Shown piece after piece: positions 59,897 to 64,000 of a stretch of DNA of 64,000 nt. The DNA is from Pseudomonadota bacterium (GTDB taxonomy: Bacteria; Pseudomonadota; Gammaproteobacteria; JAKAQQ01): contig JAKCBQ010000002.1 in the NCBI GenBank assembly GCA_021839245.1, forward strand, positions 57,671 through 121,670, read 5' to 3'. Made by a program: the position numbers and the translations under genes. The notes below the pieces were generated by a model. It was given only the letters and a program-made list of their open reading frames with translations. It was not told the DNA's origin and ran no database searches. Position 1 is the first letter of the stretch; every line of letters starts with the position of its first letter.

Positions 59897-62800
59897 TCAA
59901 TGCCGGTAAGGTAGGGCGGCGTAAAGGACGGGGGCGACCCAGAGGGTCATGAAAGTTGCGAGCAGGAGCCCTCCCATGACGGAGAGGGCGAGGGGTTGCA
60001 GAAGGTTCGTGCCGTGACCTACACCCACCGCTAAAGGCAGAAAGCCAAAGACGTCGGCCAGCATGGTCATCAGGATGGGGCGGAGTCGTTCACGGGCCGC
60101 CAACACGACCGAAGAGGGACGAGGAGGGTGGCCCCCCAACTGTCGGGCGCGCGCAAAGATCAGAATGACATTGTTCACGGCCACGGCGAACACGAGAAGA
60201 ACGCCGAGAAACGCCGTGCTGTCGAGATCCGTGCCGGTCAGCAGGAGGAGGAGCAACGCCCCCGGCGCGGCCAAGGCCACGGACACGAGTGCGACGACGG
60301 CCGCGCGTTGGCTCCCGAATTGCAGCCCCAGCAAGATGAGCAGGATCAACAAGGCCGCGGCCAGGATGATCAGCATGTGACGGAAACTGGTTTGCTGCTC
60401 GCGATAGTAGCCCGCGATGCGGCTGGTGACGCCCGCGGGCAAATGAGCTTGGGCGATGAGGGATTGTGCGTGCGCCGCAGCGACCGATAATCCTTCCCCG
60501 CTCCGCGGGCTCAGTCTGATTTCGGCGTCGGGGGCAAGGTTTTGGTAAGTGACGTAAGGCACGACCCCCTGAAGACGCATCCCGGCGTTCAGGGACAAGG
60601 GCGCGCGTGTCCCGTTGGGAAGGGCGAGGAGGGTCCGACCGAGATTTTGCGGGGTGACGTCGGGAGGATTGGTGACGTGGACGTCGATCGGCAGGATCTG
60701 CTCGCCGCGCAGCAGGAAGCCCGCGGTCTCTCCCCAGAAACGGGCTTTCAAACCGTCCGCGATCGCCTGCGGCGCGAATCCCTCCATGACCGCCTGGGCG
60801 TTGGGCTGGATTTGGATTTCCGGTCCGATGGACGGCGCTTTGAGGACGATCGAATGGAAATCGTGACTGGCCTCGAGCCTCCGCGTCAGTCCGGCCGCCA
60901 GCGCTTGCAGTTCGTGGGAGCTCTTTCCGAACAACTGGATCACCAAGGGGGCATGGGAGCCGGACATGTTTCCCAGACGGTTGACCATGATCTGCTGGGT
61001 TTCGAGGGTCGTGAGGTCGGGGACGGCGCGCCGAAAGAGACGGCGCAGGTTCCGCATCACCCGCTCCGTCGATTCGCTGTGTCGGCTCTTGAGCTGGACG
61101 GTCAAGGCCCCCTTGTTGGGGGTGGCGTAGGCGTTACCCAATCCCCGCCCGACGACGAGCGAGACGTGTTTCACCTCGGGGTCGTGCCGGGCGATCGCCA
61201 TGAGTCGGCGACCGACGTGCATGGTCTCTCTCGGGCCGCTTCCGGCCGGCGTGCGAAAGGGAACGACGAACAGCCCTTCGTCCCAATGCGGGAGAAACGC
61301 GGTTGGCAGTTGCACGGCGGCCACGACCGCGATCAGGAGAAGGACAACGAGCAAGGGGGCCACGAGCCAGGGGCGGCGCACGCCGCCGATCAGCCAGCGC
61401 CCGTAACGCCGACGCAACCAGCGTTCGCCCCAAAGACGGTAGTGTCCCGGAGTGTGTCCGGCGACCCACAAGGCCAACACCGGGGTGATCGTCAAGGCGA
61501 TGAGTTGTGAGGTGACGAGAGCGATCACGATGGCGAGCGCCATACTGCGGAAGAGCAGCCCTACCGTGCCGGACAGAAAGACGAGGGGGAGAAAGACGAC
61601 GACGGCGGTGAGTGTGGCGAGCGTCATGAGTGTGAGGATGTGTCGGAGGCGCTGGAGCGCCTGTTCCCGACGGGCTTCCACGCTTTCTTTGTCGAGGCCG
61701 TGGATGCCGCGCTCGACGATCACGATGGCGTGGTCCACCAACGCGCCGACGGCTGCGGTGAGGCCCCCCAGGGTCATGATGTCCACACCGAAGCCCAAGG
61801 CGTGGAGCGTGAGCAGGGTGGCGCCCAGGGCCAGCGGCACCACCGTCAAGGTCGAGAGTGCGGCGTCGAGGCGGCCGAGAAAAAGCAGGATCACGAGGAA
61901 GGTGAGCGCGGTGCCCAGTCCAAGAGCGGTCCAGACGTCGCTCAGACTCGAGCGGATGAGACGACTGAGGTCGTAGACCGACACGATGTGCATGTGTGGC
62001 GGCAGACGGCGGGACAGGCGTCGCAGTTCCCGGGTCACGGCGGCCGCAACGCGGGTCTGGTTGGTCCCCTGTTGTGCCGAGATGTCAAGGACGAGGGCGT
62101 GCGGCCAACCGGCCACGGCCGCCTCCCGAACGAGAGGCGGAGGGGCAATGCGGAGAGTCCCGAGCGTGCCGAGCGGGATCGGTGTCCGCAGGCCCCGTGC
62201 ATCGGGCGGCCCGAGGGGGAGCTCGAGTGTAGCCAGAGCACGAACGCTCCGCGGACGGGCGGTCGTCGCGATCAGGAATTGCTCGTGGTAGGCGTTCAGA
62301 ACACCGGAAAAAAAAGGGCCTTGATAGGCCTGAAGCGCCCTCACCACATCCGCGGCGCTCAGGTGGTACTGAGCCAGCCGTCGCGCGTGGAGCATGACCC
62401 GGACTTCCGGCTCGCCGCGCCCGGTCGCGCGGACATGGTAGACCCCCGGGAGCGACAAGAGCGCCGGCCGGATGGTGAAGGCAAACGTCGCCATCATCGC
62501 GGAGCTGTTCAGGCGGCGCGAGACCAGCGCGGATTCCACCAGGGGGTAGATGTTCGGGGTCATCAGCCTGACCCTCATGGTGGCGCCGGGCGGGAGCAGA
62601 ACATGAGACAGGCGGGCCTGAAGGAGGAGATAGTCTTGTTCGGCCGAGGTTCCGTGGCGGAAATAGACGTGCAGCTTGCTCAACCCGTTGCCCGTTTGAG
62701 CACGCACCAACGTGACGCCGGGTTCGCCCTTCGCGATGTCTTCGAGGGGACGCGTGACCGCGAGCAACATGTAGCGGACCGGGAGATTCTCGGTGTGCAC

Positions 62801-62950
62801 CAGGACGGCGACTTTGGGGAAATTGATCGGAGGGAAGACGCTCTCGGGCATGGTGAGGAAGGCGTAGACGCCCGAGGCCAACAAGAGCGCGGCGAGAAGG
62901 ATGAGGGTGCTGCGGGTTTCCCAGAGAAAGCGCAGGTAGCGCGTGATCAC
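59897..62950 (-). CDS. RND efflux transporter permease subunit
   Basis: 1017 aa from a GTG that overlaps the adaptor gene stop (GTGA). Twelve-TM / two-large-loop architecture. TM4 region ..LGGLTAAVGALVDHAIVIVE... Substrate class not assignable. Confidence 0.88.
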   Translation of the reverse strand: MITRYLRFLWETRSTLILLAALLLASGVYAFLTMPESVFPPINFPKVAVLVHTENLPVRYMLLAVTRPLEDIAKGEPGVTLVRAQTGNGLSKLHVYFRHGTSAEQDYLLLQARLSHVLLPPGATMRVRLMTPNIYPLVESALVSRRLNSSAMMATFAFTIRPALLSLPGVYHVRATGRGEPEVRVMLHARRLAQYHLSAADVVRALQAYQGPFFSGVLNAYHEQFLIATTARPRSVRALATLELPLGPPDARGLRTPIPLGTLGTLRIAPPPLVREAAVAGWPHALVLDISAQQGTNQTRVAAAVTRELRRLSRRLPPHMHIVSVYDLSRLIRSSLSDVWTALGLGTALTFLVILLFLGRLDAALSTLTVVPLALGATLLTLHALGFGVDIMTLGGLTAAVGALVDHAIVIVERGIHGLDKESVEARREQALQRLRHILTLMTLATLTAVVVFLPLVFLSGTVGLLFRSMALAIVIALVTSQLIALTITPVLALWVAGHTPGHYRLWGERWLRRRYGRWLIGGVRRPWLVAPLLVVLLLIAVVAAVQLPTAFLPHWDEGLFVVPFRTPAGSGPRETMHVGRRLMAIARHDPEVKHVSLVVGRGLGNAYATPNKGALTVQLKSRHSESTERVMRNLRRLFRRAVPDLTTLETQQIMVNRLGNMSGSHAPLVIQLFGKSSHELQALAAGLTRRLEASHDFHSIVLKAPSIGPEIQIQPNAQAVMEGFAPQAIADGLKARFWGETAGFLLRGEQILPIDVHVTNPPDVTPQNLGRTLLALPNGTRAPLSLNAGMRLQGVVPYVTYQNLAPDAEIRLSPRSGEGLSVAAAHAQSLIAQAHLPAGVTSRIAGYYREQQTSFRHMLIILAAALLILLILLGLQFGSQRAAVVALVSVALAAPGALLLLLLTGTDLDSTAFLGVLLVFAVAVNNVILIFARARQLGGHPPRPSSVVLAARERLRPILMTMLADVFGFLPLAVGVGHGTNLLQPLALSVMGGLLLATFMTLWVAPVLYAALPYRH

Positions 62951-63957
62951 GGCCGGACGGTCACCCGTGTTCCGGGGCGCAAGCGGGTCACGCCTTCGGT
63001 GATCACCTTCGCACCGATCCGAAGCGGTCCCTGAATGGCCGCCACCCCGCGGGCGCGATAGACGATACGGACGCGGACCCTTTGCGCCCGCCCCCGGCGA
63101 ACCACCCAAACGAACGCTTGTCCGCCCCGCATGACGACGGCGGACTGCGGAACTTGATCGAGATGGCGGGTCCGGATCTCGAGAGGAATTCGGAGGACCA
63201 CCCATTCCCCCGGGAGAAGAGGGCTTGGGGGCGCGATACGGACAATGATCGGCACGAGACCGAACGGGCGAGCGCTCGTCCCCCGGCTTTGCACGATCCC
63301 GCGACCGCGCCAACGGCCCTTCCGGATGGCGACGACGGTTCCGTCTCGGAAGCGGGGGAGATCCGCGGGCGGGAGAAGCGCGTGGATCCAGGGGCGCCCG
63401 CGGCCCTGCAAGCGGGCGATCACAGTACCCGCCTCGACCACGGCCCCGGAGGCCACCCGATAGCGGATCATGCCCGAAAATGGTGCGGTGAGAACCGTCT
63501 CTTGCTCCTCGGCCTCGAGGCTTCGCAAGGAGGCGCGATCTTCACTGAGGAGCAGGCGACGGCGCTCGAGCGTTTCTCGGGCGATGACTCCGTCGCGGAA
63601 CAATCGGCGGCTCCGCCGATACTCGAGAAGTGCGTACGTGACTTGGGCGCGTGCAGCGCGGAGCCGCGCCGCAAGACCCGGGGGGACGACGCGGACGATC
63701 CGCTCTCCCCGCCGGACGTCCCCGGCCGGAGGCAGGGGTCCTTGCAGGCGTCCCGTGACAGGCGCCGTGAGCGTGAGCGATGCCATGCTGCTCACCTCGC
63801 CGAGGGCGTCGAGGACGGGGCGCTTCGAGACGGCCCGGATCGTGGCCACCCGGATGACGAGGCCTGTTCCCAGGGCCGGCGTCGAGGCCAGGAACGTGGC
63901 GAGAAGCACGAGAGGCAAGAGCCGCGACGGAGACCACATCGAGCGAAGAGTCCTCAT
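62947..63957 (-). CDS. RND efflux periplasmic adaptor (membrane fusion protein, HlyD family)
   Basis: Signal/anchor sequence, lipoyl-like motifs (TLTAPVTGRL.., VLTAPFSGMI..) flanking a coiled-coil hairpin, and beta-barrel and MP domains. Directly upstream of the pump gene. Confidence 0.85.
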   Translation of the reverse strand: MRTLRSMWSPSRLLPLVLLATFLASTPALGTGLVIRVATIRAVSKRPVLDALGEVSSMASLTLTAPVTGRLQGPLPPAGDVRRGERIVRVVPPGLAARLRAARAQVTYALLEYRRSRRLFRDGVIARETLERRRLLLSEDRASLRSLEAEEQETVLTAPFSGMIRYRVASGAVVEAGTVIARLQGRGRPWIHALLPPADLPRFRDGTVVAIRKGRWRGRGIVQSRGTSARPFGLVPIIVRIAPPSPLLPGEWVVLRIPLEIRTRHLDQVPQSAVVMRGGQAFVWVVRRGRAQRVRVRIVYRARGVAAIQGPLRIGAKVITEGVTRLRPGTRVTVRP

Positions 63958-64000
63958 CGGGGAAGTCGACCTTCATCGAGCAGGAGTTGCACGCCCGCCA

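Noticed and set aside
63958-64000. Possible 3' end of an outer-membrane-factor gene upstream of the RND adaptor. One minus-strand frame ends at a TGA at 63973-63975.
   Set aside because: Fewer than 10 codons are visible, so there is no way to identify the protein.

Overview
This is a 64-kb, very G+C-rich chromosomal segment (by eye about two-thirds G+C, not computed). Gene order looks gammaproteobacterial or betaproteobacterial. It is almost entirely housekeeping and densely packed, and I read 19 start/stop overlaps of the ATGA or GTGA type.

Content from left to right:
- The 3' end of a large repeat protein, coupled to an unusual 1872-aa tandem-fused UvrA-family ATPase.
- A long acyl-CoA dehydrogenase followed by a clean intrinsic terminator.
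- A complete System I cytochrome c maturation operon, ccmABCDEFGHI, ending in a coupled MaoC-type hotdog protein.
- cbpA and an SDR gene.
- An orphan HTH gene next to tRNA-Leu(CAG).
- rnr, rlmB, a DinG-family helicase and tsaB.
- A Pho-box-fronted operon: phoB, phoR, olsB-like, olsA-like, phoU, dsbB.
- On the minus strand: dapC, dapD, dapE and map.
- The classical block rpsB-tsf-pyrH-frr-uppS-cdsA-rseP-bamA-skp-lpxD-fabZ-lpxA-lpxB-rnhB-dnaE-accA-tilS.
- A visibly lower-G+C accessory islet of about 3 kb, holding a Phd/ParE toxin-antitoxin pair, a FosX-like VOC enzyme and two decayed IS transposase remnants.
- infA.
- On the minus strand: a PLP dehydratase coupled to dinB, and an RND efflux pair (adaptor plus pump).

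I saw no rRNA, no CRISPR array and no intact mobile element. I did not find a convincing new multi-gene system. The most interesting items are:
- the asymmetric single-chain double UvrA;
- aminolipid synthesis genes and phoU placed inside the phoBR operon;
- the small accessory islet;
- an unexplained AT-rich palindromic island upstream of dinB;
- the orphan HTH gene beside the tRNA.

The many long ORFs lying antisense to real genes are high-G+C artefacts.
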